Part shown: positions 48,269-58,048 of the stretch, one piece after another
Layout: each line of letters opens with the position of its first letter
Position numbering within the stretch: position 1 is the first letter of the stretch
Source: Micropepsaceae bacterium
GTDB lineage: Bacteria; Pseudomonadota; Alphaproteobacteria; Micropepsales; Micropepsaceae
DNA length: 64,000 bases
Direction of reading: 5' to 3'
Assembly (NCBI GenBank): GCA_047602465.1
Contig: JASGHF010000002.1
Location: 48,559-112,558 of the forward strand
Made by a program: the position numbers and the translations under genes
The notes under the pieces: model-generated
Seen by the model: only the letters and a program-made list of their open reading frames with translations
Database searches by the model: none
What the model was told of the DNA's origin: nothing

Positions 48269-49378
48269 ATGTCGTCGTTGCTCGAACCGCTCTTCACGCC
48301 CTTTCAGATCGGCAGGCTGAAGCTGCCCAACCGCTTCGCCATGGCCCCGATGACGCGCTCCAAATCGCCGGAGCAGGTGCCGGGCGCGGATGTCGCCGCC
48401 TATTATCGCCGACGCACCGAAGGCGGCGTCGGCCTTCTCATCACCGAGGGAACCTCGATCGACCACCCCGCCTCGGCCAACGATCCGGCGGTGCCGCGCT
48501 TCCATGGCGAGGATGCGCTCGGCGGATGGGCCAATGTCGTGAAAGAGGTGAAGGCCGCCGGCGGCCACATCGTGCCGCAGATCTGGCATGTCGGCACGAT
48601 GCGCCGGCCCGGACAGGGCCGAAACCCGGAGGTCTCGCCCATCGGCCCTTCGGGCCTGCTCAGGCCCGGCAAGAAGACCAGCGAACCTGCGACCGATGAA
48701 GAGGTCGCCGATCTCATCGCCAGCTATGGCCGCGCCGCCGCCGAGGCCGAACGGCTCGGCTTCGATGGCGTCGAGCTGCACGGCGCGCATGGCTATCTGA
48801 TCGACCAGTTCTTCTGGGACGGCACCAACGAACGCACCGATGCGTATGGCGGCGACGTCCTTCAGCGCACGCGCTTCGCCGCCGATGCGGTGAGAGCCGT
48901 CCGTGCGGCGGTCTCGCCCGACTTCCCGGTGATCCTGCGCTGGTCGCAGTGGAAGCAGCAGGACTTCACCGCCCGCCTCGCCCCGACGCCGGAACTTCTG
49001 GAGGCCTTCCTTGAGCCGCTGGTCGATGCCGGAGTCGATGTCTTCCACTGCTCCACCCGCCGCTTCTGGGAGCCGGAATTCGACGGCTCCGACATGAATC
49101 TCGCGGGCTGGGTGAAGAAGCTGACCGGCAAGGCGACCATCACGGTCGGCTCGGTCGGCCTCGACACCGACTTCATCACATCCTTCACGAAATCCGGCCA
49201 CGGCAATGCGGGCGCGAACCTGAAAGGTCTGGTCGAACGCTTCGAGCGCGGCGAGTTCGATCTCGTCGCGGTCGGCCGCGCGCTGATCGCCAACCCGGAC
49301 TGGGTCAACAAGGCGCGCGCCGGCCAGTTCGACCAGCTTGAGGCGTATGTCCCGGAGAAGCTGCAGACGCTGTTTTAG
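48269..49378 (+). CDS. NADH:flavin oxidoreductase (old yellow enzyme family)
   Basis: NRFAMAPMTR, QIWHVG, GFDGVELHGAHGYLIDQF, VGRALIANPDW. Confidence 0.93.
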   Translation: MSSLLEPLFTPFQIGRLKLPNRFAMAPMTRSKSPEQVPGADVAAYYRRRTEGGVGLLITEGTSIDHPASANDPAVPRFHGEDALGGWANVVKEVKAAGGHIVPQIWHVGTMRRPGQGRNPEVSPIGPSGLLRPGKKTSEPATDEEVADLIASYGRAAAEAERLGFDGVELHGAHGYLIDQFFWDGTNERTDAYGGDVLQRTRFAADAVRAVRAAVSPDFPVILRWSQWKQQDFTARLAPTPELLEAFLEPLVDAGVDVFHCSTRRFWEPEFDGSDMNLAGWVKKLTGKATITVGSVGLDTDFITSFTKSGHGNAGANLKGLVERFERGEFDLVAVGRALIANPDWVNKARAGQFDQLEAYVPEKLQTLF

Positions 49379-49398
49379 GGGGCGCGCGCCGCGCCCGC

Positions 49399-49989
49399 TC
49401 AGTCCAGCCCGCTCAGCACCGCGTCGACAAGCGCCTGCGTGTCCTTCAGGGTCCAGTCTCTGCGGCGATCGCGTATTTGCCAGGGATCGCGAACGGCGAC
49501 GGTCGCCGCTTCGATCAAGGCCGCCGTCCGCCCCGGAGGGCGGGCGGTAAAATGTCCTTCGGTAAACGCAGCTTTCACGAGATTCAGCATGGCCGCACGC
49601 AACCGCGTGACATGGCCGCGAGGCGCCTCGGGGTTCGCAGCCGCCAGATTCAGATAGGCGGCGAAAAGCGCCTCGTCGGCATCGAGCTGCGCCCGCTTGA
49701 TCGCATACTGCGCCACGATCATCGCGCGCAGCTTGACGATACCCGGACCCGGTCCATCGGCGACAACGCCGACCGCCGTCTCCACCTTTTCAAACCAGCG
49801 ATCCGCGACCGCCGCCATCAGCGCCGCCTTGCTGGGGAAAAAGCGATATGCATTGGATTGCGACATCCCGCACATCGCCGCCGCGTCCGACACGCTCGCC
49901 TTTGCGGAACCGTGCTTGAGGATCAGCGCTTCAATTGCGTCCAGCAGGCGCTTTCTCTCGGCTGCGGCATCGACGGGTCTGCGCGCCAT
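49399..49989 (-). CDS. TetR family transcriptional regulator
   Basis: HTH ASVSDAAAMCGMSQSNAYRFFPSKAAL. Confidence 0.88.
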   Translation of the reverse strand: MARRPVDAAAERKRLLDAIEALILKHGSAKASVSDAAAMCGMSQSNAYRFFPSKAALMAAVADRWFEKVETAVGVVADGPGPGIVKLRAMIVAQYAIKRAQLDADEALFAAYLNLAAANPEAPRGHVTRLRAAMLNLVKAAFTEGHFTARPPGRTAALIEAATVAVRDPWQIRDRRRDWTLKDTQALVDAVLSGLD

Positions 49990-49991
49990 GG

Positions 49992-50435
49992 CTAGATCCA
50001 GCGCCTGACGCGCCTGGCGTATGCGTCGTACGCCTCCCCAAAGGTCCGGCGCATAACGCGCTCCTCGAACGGAATGTACCAGAGCGACGCCGCGGCGAAG
50101 AACATGGCGGGTCCGGCGAACGCCGAAGCCGCATTCATCGCCACCGCCGCCCCTAGCAGAGCGATCAGAAACCCCAAATACATCGGATTGCGGGACCACG
50201 CGAACAGCCCCGTCTCCACAAGCACGTCCGGCGACCTGAACGTATGAATATTCGTGCCGCGCGCGCGAAACAGGCGCGAGCCGGACGCCGCCAGCGCCAG
50301 ACCGCCGGCGGCGACAGCAACGCCTGCGAAATTCCAGGGCGGGCTGACGACGATTGCGACCGGCGCCAGCCAGGCCAGCACCGCCATGACCGAAATTGAA
50401 ACCAGCACGAACAAAGGCGGGATCATCCACGACAT
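49992..50435 (-). CDS. Isoprenylcysteine carboxylmethyltransferase / PEMT family membrane protein
   Basis: LVETGLFAWSRNPMYLG, EER...FGEAYDAY..RVRRWI. Confidence 0.88.
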   Translation of the reverse strand: MSWMIPPLFVLVSISVMAVLAWLAPVAIVVSPPWNFAGVAVAAGGLALAASGSRLFRARGTNIHTFRSPDVLVETGLFAWSRNPMYLGFLIALLGAAVAMNAASAFAGPAMFFAAASLWYIPFEERVMRRTFGEAYDAYARRVRRWI

Positions 50436-50447
50436 GGCCGGCGCTCC

Positions 50448-50479
50448 ATAAATGATAATTTTTATCTATTATCATTTAT
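50448..50479. promoter_or_regulatory. AT-rich palindromic operator, probably for the adjacent TetR
   Basis: ATAAATGATAAT-N8-ATTATCATTTAT perfect 12-bp inverted repeat, 12 bp before the ICMT-TetR operon start. Confidence 0.7.
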
Positions 50480-50509
50480 TTCGGATGGCAACCGGCATCG
50501 TCGATGGGG

Positions 50510-51718
50510 CTAGACCGCTCCCTTCATCAGCGCCTCGGCCGCCGCGTGATAGGCCGGCAGCACGAGATGATCGGTCGCCGTGTTCGCGGCGATCGAGTGC
50601 GAGCCGAGGCGCGAGATCACCATCTCCGCCCTGGGATCGATATAGATGTTCTGCCCGTAGATGCCGCGCGCCATGTAGGCGCCGTGCGCGTTGTTCGAGA
50701 CCCACCACATATTCCGGTAGGCCCAGCCCGGCAGCGTCACGTAACCGGCCGGCTTGAACGCCTCGGCCGATCCGTTGAAGCGGATATCGTCGACGACCGC
50801 CTTCGGCACCACGCCGCCGCCATCGTTCCGCATCATCTCGCCGAAGCGTGCCAGATCGCGCAGCGTCGCGTTGAGTCCGCCGCCGCCGACTTCGGTGCCC
50901 ACCACGTCGATGTTGAAATAGGCGTCTTCCTCGGCGCCGATCCGGCTCCAGATGCGGTCGGAGAGAACGGTCGCGAGATCGCGGCCCTCGACGCGCTTGA
51001 TGATCCAGCCCAGCACCTCGGTGCTGACGGTCTTGTAGGCGAAGGCTTCGCCGTGCGGGCCTTCCTGTTCGAGATTTTTCAGGAAGTCGTAGAGCGTGTC
51101 CGGCCCGGCATAGTCCCTGCCCCGCGCCATCATCCCGCCGGCCCGGCCATAGTCCCAGACCTCGGCCTTGGGGTCGGCGTAGTTCTCCGAATATCTGACG
51201 CCGATCCGCATATCCATGACGTCGCGCACCGTCGCGGTGTCATAGGCCGTGCCCGCCATCTCGGGCAGGTAGTGCGGCACGCGCCTGGTTTCGTCGAGCC
51301 TGCCTTCATGCACCAGGATCTGCGCCAGCAGACCGACGAACGACTTCGTCACCGACATGACGAGATGCGGCTGGTGCGGCTCCGTCGCGCCCCAATAGCG
51401 CTCATAGACGACCTGCCCCTTGTGCAGCACGCACAGCCCGTCGGTATGGATCGACGCGAACGCATCGGCCCAGTCCGTCTTCTCGCCCGTCAGCGCCGTG
51501 AACGGCAGTTTGTCCAGCGCCGCCGCACGGCCCGCAGGCAGCGGTGATGGCGACGGCGCGCGCCGCACCCGCTTGGTCGGGACCAGTTCGCGATAGTGGT
51601 TCATCGCCCAGCGCAGCCTCGGGAACTGGGCCGCATTCGGGTCGTCGAAACGCACCTGCAATTCGGGAGGCGGGGGAAATCCCTGCATCCACCGCTTCGG
51701 ATCGTTGGTGTCCGGCAT
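50510..51718 (-). CDS. Serine hydrolase (NylB / class C beta-lactamase family)
   Basis: MSVTKS (SxxK), FAYKT, GGGLNATLRDLARFG, ARGIYGQ. Confidence 0.88.
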   Translation of the reverse strand: MPDTNDPKRWMQGFPPPPELQVRFDDPNAAQFPRLRWAMNHYRELVPTKRVRRAPSPSPLPAGRAAALDKLPFTALTGEKTDWADAFASIHTDGLCVLHKGQVVYERYWGATEPHQPHLVMSVTKSFVGLLAQILVHEGRLDETRRVPHYLPEMAGTAYDTATVRDVMDMRIGVRYSENYADPKAEVWDYGRAGGMMARGRDYAGPDTLYDFLKNLEQEGPHGEAFAYKTVSTEVLGWIIKRVEGRDLATVLSDRIWSRIGAEEDAYFNIDVVGTEVGGGGLNATLRDLARFGEMMRNDGGGVVPKAVVDDIRFNGSAEAFKPAGYVTLPGWAYRNMWWVSNNAHGAYMARGIYGQNIYIDPRAEMVISRLGSHSIAANTATDHLVLPAYHAAAEALMKGAV

Positions 51719-51805
51719 GTCGCTCCCCCTGTCGATATGTTTGAGACAACCGAACACGGCAGCGCCGAAGGCACAATGACGGAGGCGTGATCGCCACATC
51801 CGTTG

Positions 51806-51826
51806 ATACCTAGCGACACATAGTAT
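51806..51826. promoter_or_regulatory. Possible PadR autoregulatory operator
   Basis: ATACCTAG-N5-CATAGTAT imperfect palindrome just upstream of padR. Confidence 0.4.
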
Positions 51827-51839
51827 AGTGACGCTGTGT

Positions 51840-52178
51840 ATGGATGCGGAAATGCTCAAAGGGCACCTCGATGCCCTCGTCCTTGCGGCGCTGGAAGGCG
51901 GGCCGACGCATGGCTACGCGATCATCGAGGCGATCCGGGTCCGCAGCCGCAACATGTTCGACCTGCCGGAAGGCACGGTCTATCCGGCGCTGCACCGGCT
52001 TGAGAAAGCCGGCCTTCTGAAAAGCGCCTGGGTCACGCCCGAAGGCGGCCGCAAGCGCCGCGTCTATGAACTGACGAAGAAGGGCAAGGACGGCCTCGGC
52101 GAACGCCGCGCCGCCTGGACGCGCTTCGCCGCCGCCGTCGAAGAGAGCCTTACGGGACGTTCGCCATGGCCGGCGTGA
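51840..52178 (+). CDS. PadR family transcriptional regulator
   Basis: KGHLDALVL, HGYAI, EGTVYPALHRLE, RKRRVYELT. Confidence 0.92.
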   Translation: MDAEMLKGHLDALVLAALEGGPTHGYAIIEAIRVRSRNMFDLPEGTVYPALHRLEKAGLLKSAWVTPEGGRKRRVYELTKKGKDGLGERRAAWTRFAAAVEESLTGRSPWPA

Positions 52179-52807
52179 TCGACAGCTATCTGTGCGAGCT
52201 GGACCGCCGCCTGGCCTTCGACCGGGCGCTGGGCGCGCGTGTCTGCGCCGAGGTCGAAGACCATCTGCGCGAAGCCGCCGCTGCGCATCCCGGCCATTCC
52301 GACGACGAGGCCGAACGCCGCGCCGTCGAACGCTTCGGCCCCGCGCGCGAGATCGCCGCCCGTTTCGCGGACGACATTCTCGCCGGAACGGCGCGGTGGA
52401 CCTGGTACAGCCTGACCACAGCCGTGGCCTGCGCCCTGCTGGCGATGCGGCTGAGGCGCATGCTGCTCGACGACGCAGCCTTCAGCGCGGCCCCCCTCGC
52501 CGCCTTCCTCGACCGCTATGCCTTTATCGCCGCCATCGTCTGCGGCATTGCAGCCTGCCTTGTCTGGCGCGCGGCGCTGCGGAGCGGCGGCGCCGTCCAC
52601 GCCCGCCTGCCCGCCCGGCTGGCGCTCGGGGCGTTCGCCGGGCTGGCGCTCTCCATCGCCGGCGGCGCCTTCATCGCCGCTGCACAGCCCTCGCCGCCGA
52701 CGCTGGCCGCCTTCCTGCTTGAGATCGCCATGGCCGGATGGCTCGCGCTCCAGGCCGTCACGCTTCGACGGCGCACCGGCGCCGCGCTGAAAGCCCTCGC
52801 TCCCTAA
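52166..52807 (+). CDS. Membrane protein with N-terminal HAAS / permease-prefix-like domain
   Basis: YL.EL...L....EVEDHL.E...AVERFG..REIA..F followed by 4 TM segments; typical PadR partner. Confidence 0.75.
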   Translation: MAGVIDSYLCELDRRLAFDRALGARVCAEVEDHLREAAAAHPGHSDDEAERRAVERFGPAREIAARFADDILAGTARWTWYSLTTAVACALLAMRLRRMLLDDAAFSAAPLAAFLDRYAFIAAIVCGIAACLVWRAALRSGGAVHARLPARLALGAFAGLALSIAGGAFIAAAQPSPPTLAAFLLEIAMAGWLALQAVTLRRRTGAALKALAP

Positions 52808-52819
52808 AGGATATCTCCG

Positions 52820-53446
52820 ATGACCGATCTGACCAGCGGCCGCGCCCGCGGCTGGACCCTTGCGCTTGTCTGCATCACAGCCCTCGTTCTTGGCGCCGTC
52901 GCCATCTACGCCGCCTATGACGGCTCCATCGACGGCGTGCGGCGGGTCATCCGCGTGACGGCGCACACCTCGCTTGCCTTCTTTCTGCCCGCCTTCATGG
53001 CCTCGGCCCTGTGGCGGCTCAAACCATCGCCGGCGACCGCCTGGCTCGTGCGCCACCGCCGCGAACTGGGCGTGACCTTCGCCGCCTCGCACATCATCCA
53101 CGGCGCGGCGATCGTCACCCTCGCCGTCCGCGACCCGGCGCTGTTCTGGCAGTTAAGCTCAATCGGGAACATCGCGGCGGGCGGCAGCGCCTATGTCTTC
53201 ATTCTGGCGATGCTGGTGACCTCGTTCGACGGGCCGCGCCGCGCGATCGGCCCCAAAGCCTGGAACCGGCTTCACAAGGCCGGCGCCTGGTATATCTGGA
53301 TCAGCTTCATCGCGACCAACGGCAAGCGGATCGGTACCGGCCCCGGCTTCTATGTCACCGTCGCGATCCTGTTGATTGCAGGGGCCGTGCGCCTCGCGGC
53401 CTGGATGAAGGCCCGGCGCATTGAGCCGGAGCGCGCTGAGGCCTAA
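52820..53446 (+). CDS. Ferric-reductase-like transmembrane protein (MsrQ-like)
   Basis: RRELGV...SH..H and TS....IG..AWNRLH heme-ligand pattern. Confidence 0.72.
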   Translation: MTDLTSGRARGWTLALVCITALVLGAVAIYAAYDGSIDGVRRVIRVTAHTSLAFFLPAFMASALWRLKPSPATAWLVRHRRELGVTFAASHIIHGAAIVTLAVRDPALFWQLSSIGNIAAGGSAYVFILAMLVTSFDGPRRAIGPKAWNRLHKAGAWYIWISFIATNGKRIGTGPGFYVTVAILLIAGAVRLAAWMKARRIEPERAEA

Positions 53447-53455
53447 TATGGCCGC

Positions 53456-53989
53456 ATGGCCAAGGACTGGATGAACTACGAGCAGATGGCGCAGGACGCC
53501 CTTCGGGGCGTGGTGAGGATGGCGCTCGAGCGTGTCGCCAGGCAGGGCCTGCCCGGCGACCACCATTTCTACATCACCTTCGAAAGCCGCCATCCGGGCG
53601 TCGTGATGTCGGACTGGCTGAAGGAGCGTTACCCCGAAGAGATGACCATCGTCGTCCAGCACCAGTTCTGGGGACTGAACGTGCGGCCGGACTCGTTCGA
53701 CATCTCGCTCTCGTTCCACAAGGTCGGCGAACAGCTGACCGTCCCCTTCGAGGCCGTGAAGGCGTTCTTCGACCCCAGCGTGCAGTTCATGCTGCAGTTC
53801 AAGCCGGTGACCGGTCAAAGCCCGAAAAAGCCTGCAGGCTCCACCGAACAGAGCGTGCTTCAGCCGATGAAGGCCGCGCCGAAGACCGAGCCGGCCAGCG
53901 AGGCATCCACCGACGGCGACGGCGACAAGCCGAAAGATCCCGCTGGCGGCGGCGAAGTCGTCAGTCTCGACAAGTTCCGCAAGAAATAG
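53456..53989 (+). CDS. sspB: ClpXP adaptor SspB (alphaproteobacterial type)
   Basis: LPGDHHFYITF, YPEEMTIVVQHQFW, VPFEAVKAFFDPSVQFMLQF, C-terminal VVSLDKFRKK. Confidence 0.95.
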   Translation: MAKDWMNYEQMAQDALRGVVRMALERVARQGLPGDHHFYITFESRHPGVVMSDWLKERYPEEMTIVVQHQFWGLNVRPDSFDISLSFHKVGEQLTVPFEAVKAFFDPSVQFMLQFKPVTGQSPKKPAGSTEQSVLQPMKAAPKTEPASEASTDGDGDKPKDPAGGGEVVSLDKFRKK

Positions 53990-53998
53990 GTCCGATCC

Positions 53999-54997
53999 AT
54001 GCGTCTGCTCGCCGCTCTCGCCACGGCCACCATTCTGGCTGCCCCGGCCCATGCCGAGCCGAAGACGTTCAAGGACTGGATCGCCGGCTGCGACAACACG
54101 CTGGCCTGCACCGCGATCGGCACGACCAGGGAAGATGGCGAGCCTGTCGGCTATATCCGCCTCACCCGCGCGGCCGGCCCTGACGCTGCGCCGGCCGCGC
54201 GCGTCGTCGTCTATGCCGGCGAGACGGACGGCACGCTGAGCATAACGATCGACGGCAAGACCTTCGGCAAACCCCTGACGGCCGTGTCCGACGGCGCTTA
54301 TATCCGCGTCGATCTGGATGCGGCGCAGTCGGCGGCCTTCATCGCCGCCATCGCGAACGCCAAATCCGTGAAACTGGAAAGCACCGACAAGCTGGTCGAG
54401 ACCGCGACGGTGTCGCTCGACGGTTCGTCCGCTGCGCTGCGCTATATCGACGCCGAACAGAAACGCGATGGCGGCGTCACGGCGCTGGTGGCGAAGGGCG
54501 ACAAGCCGGCCAGCGCGGTGCCCGCCGCCCCCGCCCTGCCCGTCGTCAAGGCAAAGCCGATCAAGCCCGTCGAAACCGCGCTGGCCCCGCCCGCCGGGCT
54601 TCCCGAGGCCGACACCGATATGTGCGGCAAGGCCAGCAGCGAGCCGGTCGTCTACGATCTCGGTGACGGCGACAGCCTCTGGGGCGTCTGCGTTGCCGCA
54701 GGCGCCTATAATTACAGCTACGAGTTCTACCTCGCCGGCAAAAACGGCAAGGCGGCCAACCTGCCGGCCGGCGCCGAAGGCGGCGATACGCTGAGCCTCA
54801 CCAATCCCTATCTCGGCGAAGACCGACGCACGCTGGAGAGCTTCGGCAAGGGCCGCGGCGTCGGTGATTGCGGCATCGCGGAAAGCTTCGCCTGGGACGG
54901 CAAGACCCTTCAGCGCACCGCCTACACCTCGATGGACACATGCCGGGGCGTGTCGTCCGAAGACTGGATCGTCACCTACCGCGCCAAGGTCGAGTAG
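53999..54997 (+). CDS. DUF1176 domain-containing secreted protein
   Basis: Signal peptide; FKDWIAGCDNTLAC, SLDGSSAALRYIDAEQ, GAYN, KGRGVGDCG..WDG. Confidence 0.82.
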   Translation: MRLLAALATATILAAPAHAEPKTFKDWIAGCDNTLACTAIGTTREDGEPVGYIRLTRAAGPDAAPAARVVVYAGETDGTLSITIDGKTFGKPLTAVSDGAYIRVDLDAAQSAAFIAAIANAKSVKLESTDKLVETATVSLDGSSAALRYIDAEQKRDGGVTALVAKGDKPASAVPAAPALPVVKAKPIKPVETALAPPAGLPEADTDMCGKASSEPVVYDLGDGDSLWGVCVAAGAYNYSYEFYLAGKNGKAANLPAGAEGGDTLSLTNPYLGEDRRTLESFGKGRGVGDCGIAESFAWDGKTLQRTAYTSMDTCRGVSSEDWIVTYRAKVE

Positions 54998-55041
54998 CGG
55001 GCGCCGCCATCGGCCCGCCGGTAACCGCCGCGGCCTTGTAA

Positions 55042-55062
55042 ATAGATAGGACTGCTATATAT
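55042..55062. promoter_or_regulatory. Possible MarR operator
   Basis: ATAGATAG-N5-CTATATAT near-palindrome 7 bp upstream of the MarR start. Confidence 0.5.
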
Positions 55063-55069
55063 CTGGGCC

Positions 55070-55750
55070 ATGACCGCTTCGTCATCGCCCGATATCCACA
55101 TCGCCGCCGGCCTCGGCCGCATCGGCGCAGCCCTGCGCGCCGACGCCTGGCAGCGCGCGGAAATCGCGGGCGTCACGCCGACACAGGCGCAGATCCTCGC
55201 CCATCTCGCATCACGCGGCCCGGCCCGCATCGGCGCGCTCGCGGCGGCGTTGTCGGTGACGCAGCCGACCGCCAGCGATGCCGTGGCCGCGCTGGTGCGC
55301 AAATCGCTTGTCGAGAAACGCCCCGACCCCGCCGATGCGCGCGCGACGCGGCTTCACCTGACCGGTCAGGGACTGGCCGCCGCGACTGCCGCCGCGACAC
55401 TGCCTGAGCAGATGCGCGCGGCGATCGGCGCGCTCGACGAGGCTGAACAGGCCGGCCTGCTGAAAAGCTTGTCGAAAATGATCCGCACGCTTCAGCACGC
55501 CGGAACAATCGATCCGCAGCGCCTGTGCGTTAGCTGCGCCTACTTTCGTCCCAACCTTCATGCCGATGCGGCCAGGCCGCATCACTGCGCTTTCGTGGAC
55601 GCTGCGTTCGGCGACGCCGCCTTGCGGCTCGACTGCAGCGACCATGTCGAGGCCGGTGCGGCGGACCAGGCCGAACGCTGGTCCCGCTTCACCACCGACC
55701 CGGCCTCAAAAACGGACGCCCCGCTCGCGGCAACGAACGGGACGCCCTGA
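55070..55750 (+). CDS. MarR family regulator with a Cys/His-rich C-terminal extension
   Basis: TPTQAQIL..L, VTQPTASDAV.AL.RK.LV, DARA..L.LT..G; CVSCAYF..HHC..DC. Confidence 0.85.
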   Translation: MTASSSPDIHIAAGLGRIGAALRADAWQRAEIAGVTPTQAQILAHLASRGPARIGALAAALSVTQPTASDAVAALVRKSLVEKRPDPADARATRLHLTGQGLAAATAAATLPEQMRAAIGALDEAEQAGLLKSLSKMIRTLQHAGTIDPQRLCVSCAYFRPNLHADAARPHHCAFVDAAFGDAALRLDCSDHVEAGAADQAERWSRFTTDPASKTDAPLAATNGTP

Positions 55751-55791
55751 TGCCAACCCCTCTCCTGCACGGAAAAAGGAAGCAAGAGATC

Positions 55792-56040
55792 ATGACACAG
55801 AAAGCCATCTTCTACCACGCGGGCTGTCCGGTCTGCGTGGACGCGGAACAGAGCCTCGCCCATCTGCTCGATCCGGCGAAGGCGAGCGTCGAGATCGTCC
55901 ATCTGGGCGACCAGTCCGGCCGTATCGCGGAAGCCGAAGCCGCCGGCGTCGTGTCCGTTCCCGCTCTGGTGATCGACGGTCAGCCGTTCCACATCAATTT
56001 CGGCGCCTCGATCGCCGATCTGAAAGGCGGCGCGGCATGA
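55792..56040 (+). CDS. Small thioredoxin/glutaredoxin-fold protein
   Basis: FYHAGCPVC, GVVSVPALVIDG. Confidence 0.82.
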   Translation: MTQKAIFYHAGCPVCVDAEQSLAHLLDPAKASVEIVHLGDQSGRIAEAEAAGVVSVPALVIDGQPFHINFGASIADLKGGAA

Positions 56041-56594
56041 GCCAGACCCTCCGCGCGGCGCCGCCTATCGACGCCGTCACATGGTTCAACACGCCCGCGC
56101 CGCTGTCGCTGGAGGCGCTGCGCGGACGGGTCGTCGTCATCGAATCGTTCCAGATGCTGTGCCCCGGCTGCGTCAGCAACGGCCTGCCCCAGGCGACGCG
56201 CATTTTCGAGACGTTCCGGCGCGAGGATGTCGCGGTGATCGGGCTGCACACGGTGTTCGAACATCACGCCGCGCAGACCCCGGTTTCGCTGGAGGCGTTC
56301 CTGCACGAATACCGCATCCCCTTCCCGGTCGGCGTCGACGCGCCCGGCGAGGCGGGCGGCCCGTCCGTGACGATGACGCGGTACGGCATGCGCGGCACGC
56401 CGACGCTCACATTGATCGACCGCCAGGGCCGGTTGCGCGCGCAGCATTTCGGCCATGTCTCCGATCTGCGCCTCGGGGCCGAGATCATGGCCCTGATCGG
56501 CGAAACCGCGCCGGCCGGCCAGGGCGACGCCGCAGAGGACGGGCCTGCAGAGCCTGAAGGCGTCTGTACGGCCGAAGGCCGCGCCATCGCCTGA
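56037..56594 (+). CDS. Redoxin (TlpA/peroxiredoxin-like) protein
   Basis: [33 protein letters not shown]. Confidence 0.85.
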   Translation: MSQTLRAAPPIDAVTWFNTPAPLSLEALRGRVVVIESFQMLCPGCVSNGLPQATRIFETFRREDVAVIGLHTVFEHHAAQTPVSLEAFLHEYRIPFPVGVDAPGEAGGPSVTMTRYGMRGTPTLTLIDRQGRLRAQHFGHVSDLRLGAEIMALIGETAPAGQGDAAEDGPAEPEGVCTAEGRAIA

Positions 56595-56656
56595 CGGATG
56601 ACTTTCGCGCGCGGCTGACCTATGCACGGCCGCGCGCGAAACCAGCCGAGGGCCAC

Positions 56657-58048
56657 ATGACCAAGACCCGCACCGAGACCGACACATTCGGCCCCATCGA
56701 GGTGGACGCCAGCCGCTATTGGGGCGCGCAGTCGCAGCGCTCGATCGGCAATTTCAGGATCGGCTGGGAGAAGCAGCCGGCCAGCGTCGTCCGCGCTCTC
56801 GGCATCATCAAGCGCGCTGCGGCGGAAACGAATTTCGCCCTCGGCAAGATGGACGGACAGATCAAGGACGCCATCGTCGCCGCCGCCAACGAGGTGATCG
56901 AGGGCAAGCTGAACGATCACTTCCCGCTGGTCGTCTGGCAGACCGGGTCCGGCACCCAGTCGAACATGAACGCGAACGAGGTGATCTCGAACCGCGCCAT
57001 CGAGATGCTGGGCGGCGAGATGGGATCGAAGAAGCCCGTCCACCCCAACGACCACGTCAATATGAGCCAGTCGTCGAACGACACCTATCCGACGGCCATG
57101 CACATCGCCGCCGCCGAACAGGTGGTCCACGACCTGCTCCCCGCGCTGAAGCATCTGCACGCCGCGCTGGATGCCAAGGCGAAGGCCTGGGGCAAGATCA
57201 TCAAGATCGGCCGCACCCATACGCAGGACGCGACGCCGCTGACCCTCGGACAGGAGTTCGGCGGCTACGCGCAGCAGATCGAGAGCGGCATCGCCCGCAT
57301 CGAGATGACCCTGCCCGCGCTGATGGAGCTGGCGCAGGGCGGCACCGCCGTCGGAACCGGCCTGAACGCGCCCAAGGGGTTCGCGGAAGGCGTGGCGAAG
57401 GCCATCGCGGGCATCACCGGCCTGCCCTTCACCACCGCGCCCAACAAGTTCGAGGCGCTCGCCGCCCATGACGCGATGGTCTTCACCCATGGCGCGATCA
57501 ACACCGTCGCCGCCAGCCTGATGAAGATCGCCAACGACATCCGCTTCTTAGGGAGCGGCCCGCGCTCGGGCCTCGGCGAACTCTCGCTGCCCGAAAACGA
57601 ACCCGGCTCGTCCATCATGCCGGGCAAGGTGAACCCGACGCAGTGCGAGGCGCTGACCATGGTGTGCGCCCAGATCATGGGCAACCAGACGACCCTCACC
57701 ATCGCGGGCGCGTCCGGCCATTTCGAACTCAACGTCTTCAATCCGGTGATGGCCTATAACTTCCTGCAATCGGTGCGCCTGATGGCCGACGCGGCGGTCA
57801 GCTTCACCGATCACTGCGTGGCGGGCATCGAGCCGCGCCTCGACAACATCAAGCGCGGCCTCGACAACTCGCTGATGCTGGTGACGGCGCTGAACGGCAA
57901 GCTGGGCTACGACCTCTGCGCCAAGATCGCCAAGACGGCGCACAAGAACGGCACCACGCTGCGCCAGGAAGCGGTCGGCGGCGGTTACCTGACCGACGCC
58001 GAGTTCGACGAAGCCGTCGATCCGGCGAAGATGATCGGCCCGGGCTGA
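56657..58048 (+). CDS. fumC: Class II fumarate hydratase
   Basis: [40 protein letters not shown]. Confidence 0.97.
   Translation: MTKTRTETDTFGPIEVDASRYWGAQSQRSIGNFRIGWEKQPASVVRALGIIKRAAAETNFALGKMDGQIKDAIVAAANEVIEGKLNDHFPLVVWQTGSGTQSNMNANEVISNRAIEMLGGEMGSKKPVHPNDHVNMSQSSNDTYPTAMHIAAAEQVVHDLLPALKHLHAALDAKAKAWGKIIKIGRTHTQDATPLTLGQEFGGYAQQIESGIARIEMTLPALMELAQGGTAVGTGLNAPKGFAEGVAKAIAGITGLPFTTAPNKFEALAAHDAMVFTHGAINTVAASLMKIANDIRFLGSGPRSGLGELSLPENEPGSSIMPGKVNPTQCEALTMVCAQIMGNQTTLTIAGASGHFELNVFNPVMAYNFLQSVRLMADAAVSFTDHCVAGIEPRLDNIKRGLDNSLMLVTALNGKLGYDLCAKIAKTAHKNGTTLRQEAVGGGYLTDAEFDEAVDPAKMIGPG

Noticed and set aside
49399-50475. 358-aa TetR with an N-terminal extension
   Set aside because: The extension is an alternative frame of the ICMT gene; TetR starts at 49989.
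46241-53446. Intact prophage or ICE at ssrA
   Set aside because: No integrase, transposase, phage or conjugation genes, and no distal copy of the 35-bp repeat seen in the window.
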